DNA of 64,000 nucleotides from an uncultured delta proteobacterium (GCA_963804165.1 CAWDPO010000006.1:160001-224000); one strand, 5' to 3'. Numbered from the stretch's first letter, positions 10,998 to 21,495 are shown. Numbers and translations are program-made. The notes: generated by a model not told the origin, from the letters alone.

Positions 10998-12107
10998 ATG
11001 GAAACTAAAGTAGAAGCGCCAGTCCAGTGGCTCGACGTGCGCGACGAGCGGTTTGACTGGTTGAATGTCGCAGACTGGGAACCGCGAGACGGTGGCCTTC
11101 AGCCGGTGCGCGTGCCGAAGGTTTGGCGCGATCAATGGCCGGCGCGCACTGCTTGGCGCGGCATGTCGGCGGCCGGAGTGACCGTGCGCTTTTGCACGGA
11201 TTCCAAAAAACTTTTATTTCGAGTCACTTTTATCGATTCAGGGGATTCTCCCGCCACTCCGGCGGTCGCGTGGGAACGTTCTCGTCCCTCCTTCTTTTCG
11301 CTTTATCGCAATGCCAAATACGTGGCGGGCATTCCGGCGCTGACAGTTTTCACTCAACAGGATATCGTGATCCATAACGACGGGGAATTATCCGGCGAAG
11401 CCGAGATTAAGGTGCTGTTTCCGTTTTACTACCGCAACGCCGAATTGATCATGCACAGCATCGGCATCGATGCCGACGCTACGTTTCTGCGCACTGCGCC
11501 GGACAATCGTCCGCGGGTTTTGTTTCACGGCGATTCGATCACCCATGGCCATGGAGTGACCAGTCCGAGAGAAACCTACGTTTCTCAGGTAGCGGACAAA
11601 CTCGGCTGTGTACCGCTCAACTACGGTTTCGGCGGCACCGCCTGGGCAGACAACATCGTGGCGCAAACGATCGCCGCCCGGCAGGACTGGGATGTTCTTA
11701 CGATCATGCTCGGAGCCAATTCCTTACCTGGCGCAGATTCGGCGGGCAAACCGGAAACAGCGGCGCAGTACGCCGCGAAATACGACGCTTATCTCGCAAC
11801 CATCCGTGCCGCCGCTCCCGCCAAGCCAATCCTCTGTATCACACCGATTCTCAATCGCCTGGATCTGACCCGCGGCGGCAATCAGAACAGCGAGATACCA
11901 AACGCGTATCGGGAAGGCATCAGCCGCGTCGTGCGACAACGCCAGGCATCGGATAAAAATCTGTACTTACTCGATGGCTTATCCATGGTCGACGACCCGA
12001 TCTATCTGCTCGTCACCGACACGGTGCACCCCAACGATCTCGGCATGCACCGCATCGCCGAAGGCGTCGCTGACGCGCTCAAGCCGTTGCTCGCCAATCT
12101 AGCCTAG
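10998..12107 (+). CDS. SGNH/GDSL hydrolase
   Basis: FHGDSITHG, NYGFGG, LGAN and DTVHPN blocks. Confidence 0.88.
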   Translation: METKVEAPVQWLDVRDERFDWLNVADWEPRDGGLQPVRVPKVWRDQWPARTAWRGMSAAGVTVRFCTDSKKLLFRVTFIDSGDSPATPAVAWERSRPSFFSLYRNAKYVAGIPALTVFTQQDIVIHNDGELSGEAEIKVLFPFYYRNAELIMHSIGIDADATFLRTAPDNRPRVLFHGDSITHGHGVTSPRETYVSQVADKLGCVPLNYGFGGTAWADNIVAQTIAARQDWDVLTIMLGANSLPGADSAGKPETAAQYAAKYDAYLATIRAAAPAKPILCITPILNRLDLTRGGNQNSEIPNAYREGISRVVRQRQASDKNLYLLDGLSMVDDPIYLLVTDTVHPNDLGMHRIAEGVADALKPLLANLA

Positions 12108-12251
12108 TAGTCGCCACAGGCTAAACGACCACACTATTTTGAACCTTTTGAACGTCTTTCATCATCGTCTTCGTACTTGACAGAATCCGCCGCGCTTCTT
12201 ATAAGCGGATGAATTCACCGTTCACTTGTGAATCAAAAAGGAGCTTTACCG

Positions 12252-13016
12252 ATGACCGACTACGCAAGCAAACTTATGCCGCGTTTTCGCTATGGGGTGA
12301 TCCAGCCACGCGCCCATGAAGACGTCCAGCGCGCTCGCAGCTATCAGCTTTATCGCCTCCTGCCGCTCGATTTCATGGAAATCTCAACGGGGCTCGGGCT
12401 GGAGAACTACACGGAAGAAGGCGTCGAGAAAGCGATCAAGAATTATTGGACCTGTGTCGATCGGCTGGCCAAAGAAAAAGTGGATCATATTATATTTAGC
12501 GGTGCGCCGATTTCCGCTGTGTTGACCCGTGCGCGGGTACTCGAATTATTGCATCAAACCAAGGAAAAAACCGGCATATCGGCGGACGCGCCGCTGGAAG
12601 CTTTGATCGCCGCAATGAAGCACTTGAAGCTTTCCAAGCTCGCTGTCGGTAGTCGGTGGGCCGATCCGGTCAATAACGCGATTATCCGTTACCTCGAAGC
12701 GGGCGGCATCAAAGTCGTCGGCATCACGAAGCGAAATCAGTGGGCGTCGGACTCTTTCGCCATGACGATGGAACAAGGCTTGGAAATGGCGCTCGATGTC
12801 GGCCGCGAGGCGGCTAAAACTTGGCCCGAGGCCGAAGGTATCTCAGTGCCAGGTGGCGCGGCAATGGCACTGCACGTCATCCCGGCTTTGGAAGAAGAAT
12901 TCGGTAAACCGGCTTTTACAAACATGAGCGCTGAAGTTTGGAACGACCTCGTGCGCCCCGGCATCATTCCGCCGGTGCAAGGTTGGGGTCGTCTGCTCGC
13001 CGGATCTAACCGCTAA
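12252..13016 (+). CDS. Maleate isomerase / arylmalonate decarboxylase-like (Asp/Glu racemase superfamily) protein
   Basis: Overall pattern, LEEEFGKPAFTN and C-terminal GWGRLL. Confidence 0.7.
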   Translation: MTDYASKLMPRFRYGVIQPRAHEDVQRARSYQLYRLLPLDFMEISTGLGLENYTEEGVEKAIKNYWTCVDRLAKEKVDHIIFSGAPISAVLTRARVLELLHQTKEKTGISADAPLEALIAAMKHLKLSKLAVGSRWADPVNNAIIRYLEAGGIKVVGITKRNQWASDSFAMTMEQGLEMALDVGREAAKTWPEAEGISVPGGAAMALHVIPALEEEFGKPAFTNMSAEVWNDLVRPGIIPPVQGWGRLLAGSNR

Positions 13017-13111
13017 CTGCGACAGGCGAAGATCCAGAGAATCACCCGTCGACGCAACCTAATCGGTGTGACTCGCGCAAAGGTGCAAAGGGCGCCAAGG
13101 GACAAACGAGT

Positions 13112-13282
13112 AATTTCGAAGCTCGAAACCTGTCCTGAGCCATGTCGAAGGATCCGAATCTCGAAACAAGCTTAAATGACAAAAAGACGCAATGTTCCAA
13201 ACAAAGTCGATTCGGACTTGAGCTTCGAGTTTTATTTCGAATTTTGAAATTGTTTCGGTTTTCGATATTGGATTTCGAATTT
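13112..13282. repeat. AT-rich imperfect palindromic intergenic element containing a REP half-site
   Basis: Recurrent TTTCGAA/TCGAAA units in opposite orientation; TGTCCTGAGCCATGTCGAAGG motif related to other repeats in the window. Confidence 0.5.
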
Positions 13283-13445
13283 GGGAAGCAAGATTGGCGC
13301 AAGTTAATCCCTACGCCCTGAAGTTGCGGACCGTCGAGAAATTTGCGCAAGCCGCAAAAACTTTGACGGATCGCAATACAGAAATAACGCAGAGTCGGCG
13401 CAAGCCAATCCGCCTAAAGGTTGGATCAAAAACCTTGTGCTTGGC

Positions 13446-13799
13446 TCAGTTAGCGGACGGAGCCGAAGACATCTCGACACGCAGGGAAAAAATCCTAGGC
13501 TCCCCCTGGCGAATTGCCCCGACGCCAATGATTTGCCGGGACAGCAACTTGCCGGTGTGATCGCGGACCTCCATCAACACGTTGTATTCCAACGGCACTC
13601 CATCGCCGGGATGCTCGAGGGTGCCTTCCACCAATAGCGGGCATGTGGTCGGCCGCGACCGCGGCGGTTCATAGCCAAACGCAGTAAATTTCAACACATG
13701 GCGGCACATCGGGCACGATGCGGCGCTTTGAAGTATCGTCGCCTTGCAGTGCGGACAGGTGCGCGACTCCCCCGCCACCGGCGCGCGCATGATTTTCAT
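13446..13799 (-). CDS. Hypothetical protein with N-terminal zinc ribbon
   Basis: CPHC...CPMC; GGAGG RBS; cotranscribed with the bactofilin gene. Confidence 0.7.
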   Translation of the reverse strand: MKIMRAPVAGESRTCPHCKATILQSAASCPMCRHVLKFTAFGYEPPRSRPTTCPLLVEGTLEHPGDGVPLEYNVLMEVRDHTGKLLSRQIIGVGAIRQGEPRIFSLRVEMSSAPSAN

Positions 13800-13816
13800 C
13801 CCGCGGTTCCCTCCTT

Positions 13817-14335
13817 TTAGCTCTTCTCGTCGTGGATCTTGCCGTTGACGAACTTGGAGATTTCGGTCGGGCTCCAGCCGAACTCGACGTGGCCGCGCAT
13901 GCGCGAACCGGCCGCGACGGTCAACGTGTTCGCCTTCAGATCCCCGGTCAGTTGAGCCGATTCCAGAAGGTTTACCTGGCCGTTTGCTGCCACATTCCCC
14001 ACCAGCTCACCGCCGATCGTCACATTCGCCGCGCTGATCTTAGCTTCAAGATGCGCGCCTTTTTCTAAACTTAAATCTCCCTTGATTTGAATATCCCCTT
14101 TGAACTTTCCGGCAATCCGCACATTGGCGTCACCCTCGATTTTGCCTTCGATGGTCACGCCCGCACCGAAGACCGATTCGCCGCGCTCTTTGGTTACGCT
14201 TTCCTTGGGCGCGGTAATCGGCGCGGCTTGAATGGGGACCGCCACTGCTGCTACAGGTGCGGGGGGCGCCACGGGTGACTTTTCAGAGGGTTTTTCGTTG
14301 GTCTCTTCCGGATTCGTCTGATTCCACAATGCCAT
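13817..14335 (-). CDS. Bactofilin (polymer-forming cytoskeletal protein, CcmA family)
   Basis: VFGAGVTIEGKI...VRIAGKFKGDI...VTIGGELVGNV beta-helix repeats. Confidence 0.9.
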   Translation of the reverse strand: MALWNQTNPEETNEKPSEKSPVAPPAPVAAVAVPIQAAPITAPKESVTKERGESVFGAGVTIEGKIEGDANVRIAGKFKGDIQIKGDLSLEKGAHLEAKISAANVTIGGELVGNVAANGQVNLLESAQLTGDLKANTLTVAAGSRMRGHVEFGWSPTEISKFVNGKIHDEKS

Positions 14336-14469
14336 GATTGCCTCCCTATTAAATTAAAGGACGCTACGACCAAACCGAGTTACAAATATTATAGGTAAAT
14401 TTAGACCGCAGGGATTAGTCGCAAGGTAGGTGCCAGCAATTGACATTAGCACTGCTTCGATGAAAATAA

Positions 14470-14726
14470 CCCGGCGACGATGTAACACTCGCGATCATCT
14501 TAGCGAAGCCAATGATATTCCGATACCTTACGCGTGGTGCGCGAGCCCGGCAGAGCTCGTCTGCTGGCTCCGATCACACGCGGGGCTTGAACCACGGATA
14601 ACGTCTGCAAAGAGTGTCTGGGAACCACTCTAGTCCCGCGCAGGGAATTCCGGTCACGAGGTGAATGCTAAAATGTGCGGTTTGGAGCGCCAGGCCGAAC
14701 CTCACGCTGCGTTCGCTGCCGCCACC
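14470..14726 (+). ncRNA. Structured sRNA, resembles the sX9 family
   Basis: No credible ORF; 5' CGGCGACGAUGUA pairs with 3' UGCGUUCGCUGCCG; internal hairpins; segments CGCGTGGTGCGCGAGCCC, GTGTCTGGGAACCACT and CCCGCGCAGGGAAT match my recollection of sX9 (not verified by search); TTGACA at 14440. Confidence 0.65.
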
Positions 14727-14752
14727 CTCTCGGTACCGCGAATGTAAAATCG

Positions 14753-15046
14753 CTAGATTGCGGCGGCGTTATAGTACCCACCGGAGCTTGGTTTCGACTG
14801 CCAGCCCTCGACGGCACGGCGAAAACGCGTATGCGGCGGCGTGCCGCGCCAACGTTGATGATGCTCCTTGCTCTCCCACTCGAGCAGTACCATCACGCGC
14901 TCGGGATCATCCTCGCTGCAGAGTATCAAGCCGCTCTTGCAACCGGCTTGCTTAATTTCCTGGATCGCCTGCGTATACATCTTGACGTATTCTTCGCGTT
15001 TTTCCGGCGGCACAGTTTGGAAGCGCACTTCGTAAGTTGCGGCCAT
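14753..15046 (-). CDS. Antibiotic biosynthesis monooxygenase (ABM)-fold protein
   Basis: GC...DDPERVMVLLEWESKEHH pattern; AGGAGG RBS. Confidence 0.8.
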   Translation of the reverse strand: MAATYEVRFQTVPPEKREEYVKMYTQAIQEIKQAGCKSGLILCSEDDPERVMVLLEWESKEHHQRWRGTPPHTRFRRAVEGWQSKPSSGGYYNAAAI

Positions 15047-15246
15047 TTGCTTCCTCCTATCCGAATCTGTTGCTGGATAACTATCTCACCACGGGAGCGA
15101 CGGGCAGGCCGCCGGCTCTTTCATAGCTCGGCGTGGGGGACCGTCACGAGAACAGGCGCAGCGCTCATGCTCTGTCGGCATCAACTTCGGCTGAAAGTCT
15201 TCTGGGTGCCGATGGCACGATCTGCCATCGGGTCGGTCCGCTGCCT

Positions 15247-15909
15247 TCAGAACCCGATGCCGACGCCGACGGAAAGCCCGCGGCGCCGGTCGAACTCTCT
15301 GTCGTACCTGCGGCGCTCGTCGCGGCGCGCGCGATCGATCTCACTCTCCATCCGTTGCCCCAGCCATTCAGCGTCGGCAAGCTGCTGCTGCGGATCGATG
15401 TCTTTGGCAGAAATCTTCTCCAGGTCTTTTTCGATAGCGCCGCGAATCTCGCGCGACGGATCCCAGTAAGCCTCGAAGGGCCGGGTGCGCTCGATATATT
15501 CGAGCCATTCATGCAGCCCTTTCATGGCGGCTTCGATCTCTTTCACGCCCCTGGTGGTGTCGCCGCTGCGTGCGAGCGTTAAACCGAGATACAGGCGCGC
15601 CATGTGATCATCTTGATCCTTGGCCAGCGCCCGCTCGAGCGACTGGCGAGCGTCATTGAATTTTCCTGTGGCGTACTGCGTGCGTCCTACGTAGGTCCAG
15701 ATGCCTTCGCGAAAATAGACCGACTGGTAGATGAAGTCGGGGTCGCGGTCGGCGGCAGCGAGAAAATACACCAGCGCAGTCTCCGGCTGATTGACCAACA
15801 GCGCCTGCCGTCCAGATTGAAATTGGCCGGCGGTCTGGAAACCGGCGCATCCCGCTAAAAGACTGGCAAACGACAGTATCACGAGCCGACTTGCAACACC
15901 CATATACAT
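15247..15909 (-). CDS. TPR-repeat lipoprotein
   Basis: LLAGC lipobox; TPR-like helices (ARQSLERAL...ARLYLGL). Confidence 0.8.
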   Translation of the reverse strand: MYMGVASRLVILSFASLLAGCAGFQTAGQFQSGRQALLVNQPETALVYFLAAADRDPDFIYQSVYFREGIWTYVGRTQYATGKFNDARQSLERALAKDQDDHMARLYLGLTLARSGDTTRGVKEIEAAMKGLHEWLEYIERTRPFEAYWDPSREIRGAIEKDLEKISAKDIDPQQQLADAEWLGQRMESEIDRARRDERRRYDREFDRRRGLSVGVGIGF

Positions 15910-16019
15910 ACCTACACGCTAGGTCGCGGCGAGGATGAAGTCAATTGGGAACAAAACCGCTCACAACCGAGACATCCGCTCAAATTTCCTCAAAGCATCT
16001 CCACGCCGGTAAGACTATC

Positions 16020-16967
16020 CTATTTTTGCCCGAGTTCAGCCATGACTTCGTTGACGAAGCGGAGATCCATGTATTCCGTGGGCCGGCGCTTGGGTTTTAC
16101 ATTCAGCGCGATCGCTTGCCACTGCGCCATCAAATCCACACCTTTTTCGGTCGGCACCGGCACCAACGCTTCGCGAATCATTTGGTACGCGTCCTGCGCC
16201 GCGTCGCGGTCGAGCTTGAGGCTCTTCATCGTAATTTGAAGAACGTCCTCAGGATTATCACGAGTGTAGATCACCGACCGGACGATCGCGCGTACCATTC
16301 GTCTTACCATTTGCGGGTTTTCAGTGATCGTCTTACGCGTCGCCGCAAGTCCCGTAAACGCCGTGTCTTTGAAAACATCGGCAAGGCTCACCAGGCGCTT
16401 GAGACCCGACTTCATCGCCAGATAGTCCGCCGGCGGCGCCAGTAGCGCACCGGAAATCAATCCTTGCTTCATGGCGGCGATCTTGGGTTCGTTGCCCGGC
16501 AGACCGATATACTCCACGTCCTTGTCCGGATTGATTTTGTTGAGCTCCAATAGGGCCTTGGTCCCGGCGGCGGTCGAACCGCCGAAGGTGACGCCGAGTT
16601 TTTTGCCTTTGAGATCCGCGATCTTTTGAATATCCGGCGTCACCACCAAAGAAAACGTCGGCCGGCCCACCTGCTGCGCCAGGATCATGATGTCGTTGCC
16701 TTCCCATACCGCCGGCATTTGCGGCCCGATGGAAAAAATAAAGTGGATCTGATTGGCGATCAATGCCTGCACTGCCGTCGCCGCACCGCGCACGAAGATC
16801 AACTCCAGGTCGAGCCCCTCGCGCTTGTAGAACCCTTTCTCCGCCGCCACCATCATCGGCAGGATTTGAATGCTCGGCGAGGGAAACGCGCCGCGCACCG
16901 GTTGGCCGATGGACTGATCGGCGCCGGCCAATAAGCAGATCCATGATATGAAAACGACCCGCCACAT
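16020..16967 (-). CDS. NMT1/SsuA-like substrate-binding protein
   Basis: EKGFYKREGLD, DLKGKKLGV motifs. Confidence 0.87.
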   Translation of the reverse strand: MWRVVFISWICLLAGADQSIGQPVRGAFPSPSIQILPMMVAAEKGFYKREGLDLELIFVRGAATAVQALIANQIHFIFSIGPQMPAVWEGNDIMILAQQVGRPTFSLVVTPDIQKIADLKGKKLGVTFGGSTAAGTKALLELNKINPDKDVEYIGLPGNEPKIAAMKQGLISGALLAPPADYLAMKSGLKRLVSLADVFKDTAFTGLAATRKTITENPQMVRRMVRAIVRSVIYTRDNPEDVLQITMKSLKLDRDAAQDAYQMIREALVPVPTEKGVDLMAQWQAIALNVKPKRRPTEYMDLRFVNEVMAELGQK

Positions 16968-17126
16968 AAGCTTCTCCCTTCACGCCCTCTGATATCGCCC
17001 CAATAGAACGGACGACGGCTCGCGTCAAGGAGAATATCACGCCGATCGGCTCGCGATGGACTTCGAATGATTTGACTTGCCCAACCGATCTACGCTAACA
17101 GTCATCGCCAGCGACGGAGGTGGCTT

Positions 17127-18215
17127 CTGAAAATTACTGACGTAAAAGCGACACTGCATCGGGTGCCGATCGAAGTACCGCTGTTGAAGGAAAAGATCAC
17201 CACGTCGATCTTGTTCGCGGTCGTCGAAACGGATCTCGGCGTGACGGGCTACGGCCTGACGCGCGGATCGCAACGCTTCGGCATGAACGAATTTATCAAT
17301 CGCGAGTTGGCGCCTTTCCTCACGGGCAAAAATCCACTTGAGACCGAGCGCGTCTGGAACCAGCTTTATAAGCAATTCAACCCGCGCGCTCAGACCGGCA
17401 TGTGGAGCTCGGCCGTGAGCGCCATCGACATCGCGCTGTGGGATATCAAAGGCAAGCACTACAAAGAACCGGTCTGGCGCCTGCTCGGCGGCGCACAGAA
17501 TCCGGTACAGGCTTACGTTACCTTCGGCCTCAAGCAATATTCCAAGGAGCAATTGGTCGAAGTCGCAAAACAACTCGTCGCCCAGGGCGAGAAGCGGCTC
17601 AAGATGGTCGTCGCCGTCGATCCGGAAAATCCAAAACTCGATGCCGACCGCGTGCAAGCGGTGCGCAAAGCCGTCGGCGACGAAGTTGAATTGATGATCG
17701 ACGCCAATTACCTTTTCTCGTTCAACCGCGCGCTCGAACTGTGCAAGCTGGTCGAGCCCCTGGGTATCACCTGGTTCGAAGAGCCGGTCTATCAGAACGA
17801 CGCTGCTTTGCTCGCCGACTTGCGCCGGCATACAAATATTCCGCTCGCCGCCGGCCAGAACGAAGGCCACCGTTTTCGCCATCGCGAGCTCATCGTCAAC
17901 CACGCCGTCGATATCGCCCAACCCAATGTCTGTTCCGTCGGCGGTTATACGGAAGCCGTAAAAGTCGCGGCGCTGGCGCAAGCGTTTAATCTGCCGATCG
18001 CCAACGGCGGCGGCTGGCCGCATCACAACATGCATCTGCAGGCGGCGATGGCGAACGGTTGGCGCGTCGAGTTTCACTTCGAAATGTGGGGCGTCGGCGA
18101 CAAGATCTACAAAGAACCGGCGGCGCCGGACCACGGCTGGGTGACCTTGCCGGAAACGCCCGGCTTAGGCTTGGAGCCGCGCTTCGATGCGCTTGGAGAG
18201 TACGAGGAAAGATAG
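17127..18215 (+). CDS. Mandelate racemase / muconate lactonizing enzyme family protein
   Basis: SAIDIALWDIKGK, LMIDAN, WFEEP and PGLG motifs; in-frame CTG-KITDVKA N-terminus after a GGAGG RBS. Confidence 0.88.
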   Translation: MKITDVKATLHRVPIEVPLLKEKITTSILFAVVETDLGVTGYGLTRGSQRFGMNEFINRELAPFLTGKNPLETERVWNQLYKQFNPRAQTGMWSSAVSAIDIALWDIKGKHYKEPVWRLLGGAQNPVQAYVTFGLKQYSKEQLVEVAKQLVAQGEKRLKMVVAVDPENPKLDADRVQAVRKAVGDEVELMIDANYLFSFNRALELCKLVEPLGITWFEEPVYQNDAALLADLRRHTNIPLAAGQNEGHRFRHRELIVNHAVDIAQPNVCSVGGYTEAVKVAALAQAFNLPIANGGGWPHHNMHLQAAMANGWRVEFHFEMWGVGDKIYKEPAAPDHGWVTLPETPGLGLEPRFDALGEYEER

Positions 18216-18252
18216 CCAAAGCCACCCAAAGGCTTTTTTGGAGGGGGATCCG

Positions 18253-19221
18253 ATGACCCGTGCGATAAGTTGTTTAGCGAGCGTTCTTGCGGCGATCTTC
18301 TTGAGTCCTTCGTTCCATTCTTTCGCCGCCGACAAGATTACTTTGAGCTCGACCAATCCCACGGCCTTCGACATCGATTATGTCGCCGCGAAAGAAAAGG
18401 GGTTCTTTGCCAAAGAAAATCTCGACGTCGAGCCCACCTACATGACGCCGGATCTGGTCGTCAAGGCGCTGATCGCCGGCACCGTCGACATGGCGCGATC
18501 GGGCACCCACTTTGGCGTGATCGCTGCCGCGCGCGGCGCCGAGATCAAGATCATCGGCGGCTCGAACTACGGTTATCCCTATCAGGTCATCGGCAACCCA
18601 CAGTTCAAAACGCTGACTGATCTCAAAGGTCAGAGAATCGCCGGCGCCTCTCTGGCAAGCATAACCACGACGATATTCAAAGATGTCATGCAACGCCGTG
18701 GCATTCCGCCGTCGGCCTACACGCTGCTTTTCGTCGGCGGCAGTCCGGAAAGGTTTCAAGCAGTGGCGTCCGGCCAGGTCGCCGCCTCCTTGGCCGAAGC
18801 GCCACCTTATAATTTCAAATCTGTGGAAGCCGGCAGAAGAGTTCTGCTCAACTATTCCGACGAGATCAAAAATCTACAGTACACGTCCTTTTTTGTCACG
18901 ACTAAATCGCTGGCGCAGAACCGGCCGCTGTTCACCCGCTACATGCGGGCCATCGGTCAAGGCATGCGCTGGCTCAACGATCCGGCCAATGAGAAGGCGG
19001 CGATCGAGCTCATGATCCAGCGCTTGAAAGTCGATCAAGCGATCGCGGCTCAGACCTACAAGTTCATGATACCGGAGAACAAAGCCTTTCAGCACGAGGG
19101 CATGATCGACGGTCCGGGCATAGCGGAAATGATCCGCCTGCTCGAGTCGGACAAAATGATTCCCAAGCGCGAGCCGTGGGAATCGTTTGTCGATCCGGCG
19201 TTTATGCCGGCATCGAAGTAG
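18253..19221 (+). CDS. NMT1/SsuA-like substrate-binding protein
   Basis: AKEKGFFAKENLD, DLKGQRIA motifs; signal peptide. Confidence 0.86.
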   Translation: MTRAISCLASVLAAIFLSPSFHSFAADKITLSSTNPTAFDIDYVAAKEKGFFAKENLDVEPTYMTPDLVVKALIAGTVDMARSGTHFGVIAAARGAEIKIIGGSNYGYPYQVIGNPQFKTLTDLKGQRIAGASLASITTTIFKDVMQRRGIPPSAYTLLFVGGSPERFQAVASGQVAASLAEAPPYNFKSVEAGRRVLLNYSDEIKNLQYTSFFVTTKSLAQNRPLFTRYMRAIGQGMRWLNDPANEKAAIELMIQRLKVDQAIAAQTYKFMIPENKAFQHEGMIDGPGIAEMIRLLESDKMIPKREPWESFVDPAFMPASK

Positions 19222-19265
19222 TTATCCAACGCGTAGTTATTGTGGGGATGCTCGTTCTCGTACGT

Positions 19266-19419
19266 GAGACTGTGCCGCAATGTCATCCTGAGGCCCTTCG
19301 ACCTTGCTCAGGATAAACTCCGCCGAAGGATCTCGTCTTCGTAAGCCACAGGAAGGCGAGATTCTTCGCTAACGCTCAGAATGACATTCATGTGATTTTC
19401 GCGATTACAACACAGTCCG
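19266..19419. repeat. MITE/REP-like element (GTCATCCTGAG...CTCAGAATGAC family)
   Basis: Palindromic core with outer GAGACTGTG...CACAGTC; followed by a GTAG-type REP at 19441. Confidence 0.75.
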
Positions 19420-19517
19420 CTTGGGGAATCGAGGAATCTTGTAGGGGCGCATGGCATGCGCCCACTCTGGATGCCGGTTTGCACCAGAATGACGCCCATT
19501 GCGCGAAATAACGAGCT

Positions 19518-20501
19518 TTACGGTTTCCAGCCGCTTGCTCTGATCTCTTCACTGGCTTTCTTTACGAAGCTCAAATCGAAGATATCGGCGACTTTGATGT
19601 CGCGCTGCACTTTCGTTGTTCTTTTCATGTCGTCGATCATCGTTTGCAGGGATTTATCATCGCTGTAGCCTTCCCTGAGAAGCAGCGGGGTCTGGATGTC
19701 GTAGATCGTCCTTGCCAGCTCGCGGTCTTTCAATCGCAAAGCGTCCATCATGTATTTGAGCGCCGGTTCCGGTTTGCTGACCAAGAAATTCAAACCTTTC
19801 AGTGCGCCGCGAACAAATTTAAAGACTTTGTCCGGATTCTGTTTAATCTTTTCGCTCGATGTCGCCACTCCGCCTTCGATCAGGTTGGCATATTCACCTG
19901 CCGTCGCGAGCTTGGAAAATCCCTCCTTTTGAGCCTTGATACTCATCGCAGTATTGAACAGCGTCGCTTGGATGGACTTGGTTTGCAGCGCCGGAAAGCG
20001 AACCTCGTCGCCGCCCATCACCACGAGATTAACGTCTTTCGTTGGGTCGATGCCGTTTTTCCGCAAGATCTCGCGCGCGACCACGGCAAGCGACCCTTCG
20101 GGAGACATAATCGCAATGTTCTTTCCGCGCAATTGTGCAATCGACTTGATATCGGGCGTCGCGATCAGGTCCCAGCCGGGCTTGTCCTGGAAAACAGTGA
20201 CAATCTTAACCGGAACGTTTCTCACCGCCGCTGCCAAAGCGCTCCCGGCGTTTGTGAAAAAGTCGACTTCGCCGGCGAGCGTCGTCCGGATCGCGATCTC
20301 GCCGCGGATGCTCAGCAGCTCCACATTAAGCCCTTCCTCTTTGAAATAGCCTTCCTTCTGCGCGATGATCAGGGAATATACGGAAGGATTCATCGAAGGA
20401 TAGGCGACGCGAAGATTTTCGATGGCAAAGGAAGCTTTGCCATTGAAAGCCGCGACGATCGCGCAAACAAAAAGCCAACGAGCTATCTCTCCGAGTTTCA
20501 T
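19518..20501 (-). CDS. NMT1/SsuA-like substrate-binding protein
   Basis: AQKEGYFKEEGL, QLRGKNIA motifs; AAGGAG RBS before ATG 20501. Confidence 0.86.
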   Translation of the reverse strand: MKLGEIARWLFVCAIVAAFNGKASFAIENLRVAYPSMNPSVYSLIIAQKEGYFKEEGLNVELLSIRGEIAIRTTLAGEVDFFTNAGSALAAAVRNVPVKIVTVFQDKPGWDLIATPDIKSIAQLRGKNIAIMSPEGSLAVVAREILRKNGIDPTKDVNLVVMGGDEVRFPALQTKSIQATLFNTAMSIKAQKEGFSKLATAGEYANLIEGGVATSSEKIKQNPDKVFKFVRGALKGLNFLVSKPEPALKYMMDALRLKDRELARTIYDIQTPLLLREGYSDDKSLQTMIDDMKRTTKVQRDIKVADIFDLSFVKKASEEIRASGWKP

Positions 20502-20682
20502 AGAAAGCTCCTTTCGCTGACGTTGGTTGCCACGCAGTGCCACCGGACACGCACCAGTCTGCCGCGTTCTATCTCGCGGCAGCTTTTCGGTCAAACGAAA
20601 ATAGAGGATTCAATGATATCTTGGCAATCGTTTCAGCCAAACGATTTGAACGGCTTGAACAACTTGAACGGTTTGAACGCAT

Positions 20683-21388
20683 TTATCCTAGAGTTAGAGC
20701 CACGCGAAACCCGTAATCTGCGTATTTGAAACTCGGCGGCAGTGAGCTGCGCGCGGCGCAGCGGCTGAACTTGATGCGGTGACGCCATGAGCCGCCGCGC
20801 GACGCATGACGCTGTCCGGTAGTCGGACCGAGCGGGTTTCGCTCCGGCGAATAGTGATAGTAGTTGTAATCGTAGAAATCGGCACACCACTCATGCACGT
20901 TCTCGCTCAGATCGAACAATCCGAAATCGTTCGGCTCATTGACGCCGACTTTCGCCGGGCCGCCGGTTTGAGGATCGCAACCTGTGAAGTGTTCCTCTGA
21001 AGGTGGCTCATCGCCCCAGGGATAGAGCGCGCCCTCTTTGCCGCCGCGTGCCGCGCGTTCCCACTCTGCCTCAGTCGGCAAACGGAACAGCCGCGTCGGT
21101 TTTTTCGCTCAGCCACTGACAATATGCCGCCGCCTCGTCCCAGCTCACGCCGACTACCGGCTGGTTTTCGTCGGAGAACATCGGATCACGCCAAAACGGC
21201 GGCGGTGGTATTTGCGTCGCATCGAGAAATCGCTTGTAGTCTCTATTCGTGACGGGAAATCTGGCGATGCCGAAGCTGTCGAGCCACACTCGATGGCGGG
21301 GCCGCTCGTTTTCCTGTTCTTGCTCGCTCCCCATTAAAAATGAACCTTCGGGAATTATGACGATGTCGGGAGCGGGTGGAGCCGTCAT
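20683..21388 (-). CDS. FGE/SUMF1-domain protein (frameshift near 21080)
   Basis: IPEGSFLMGS, PVVGVSWDEAAAYC, LPTEAEWERAARGG and RGGSW motifs split over two frames. Confidence 0.85.
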
Positions 21389-21495
21389 ATCTGCAAGAAA
21401 CTAAAGCCGCAGTGAACCGTCTGTCAAGCCGGCGATTGCATGGAGTTGAGCTATTACCGTATAAGCGGGTGTTCGGAAAATTGATGGAGGCAGGC

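Noticed and set aside
14470-14726. tmRNA, 6S RNA or TPP/cobalamin riboswitch
   Set aside because: The ANDIPIPYA reading has no stop after it and there are no tRNA-like ends; the TPP CUGAGA motif and the cobalamin box are absent.
17037-18134. Long antisense ORFs (for example 17037-18134, 19644-20729, 3985-4731)
   Set aside because: Shadow ORFs opposite well-supported genes, as expected in high-GC DNA.
20683-21388. True formylglycine-generating enzyme
   Set aside because: The Cys pair expected after RGGS is missing (RGGSWRHRIKFSRC); called FGE-domain only.
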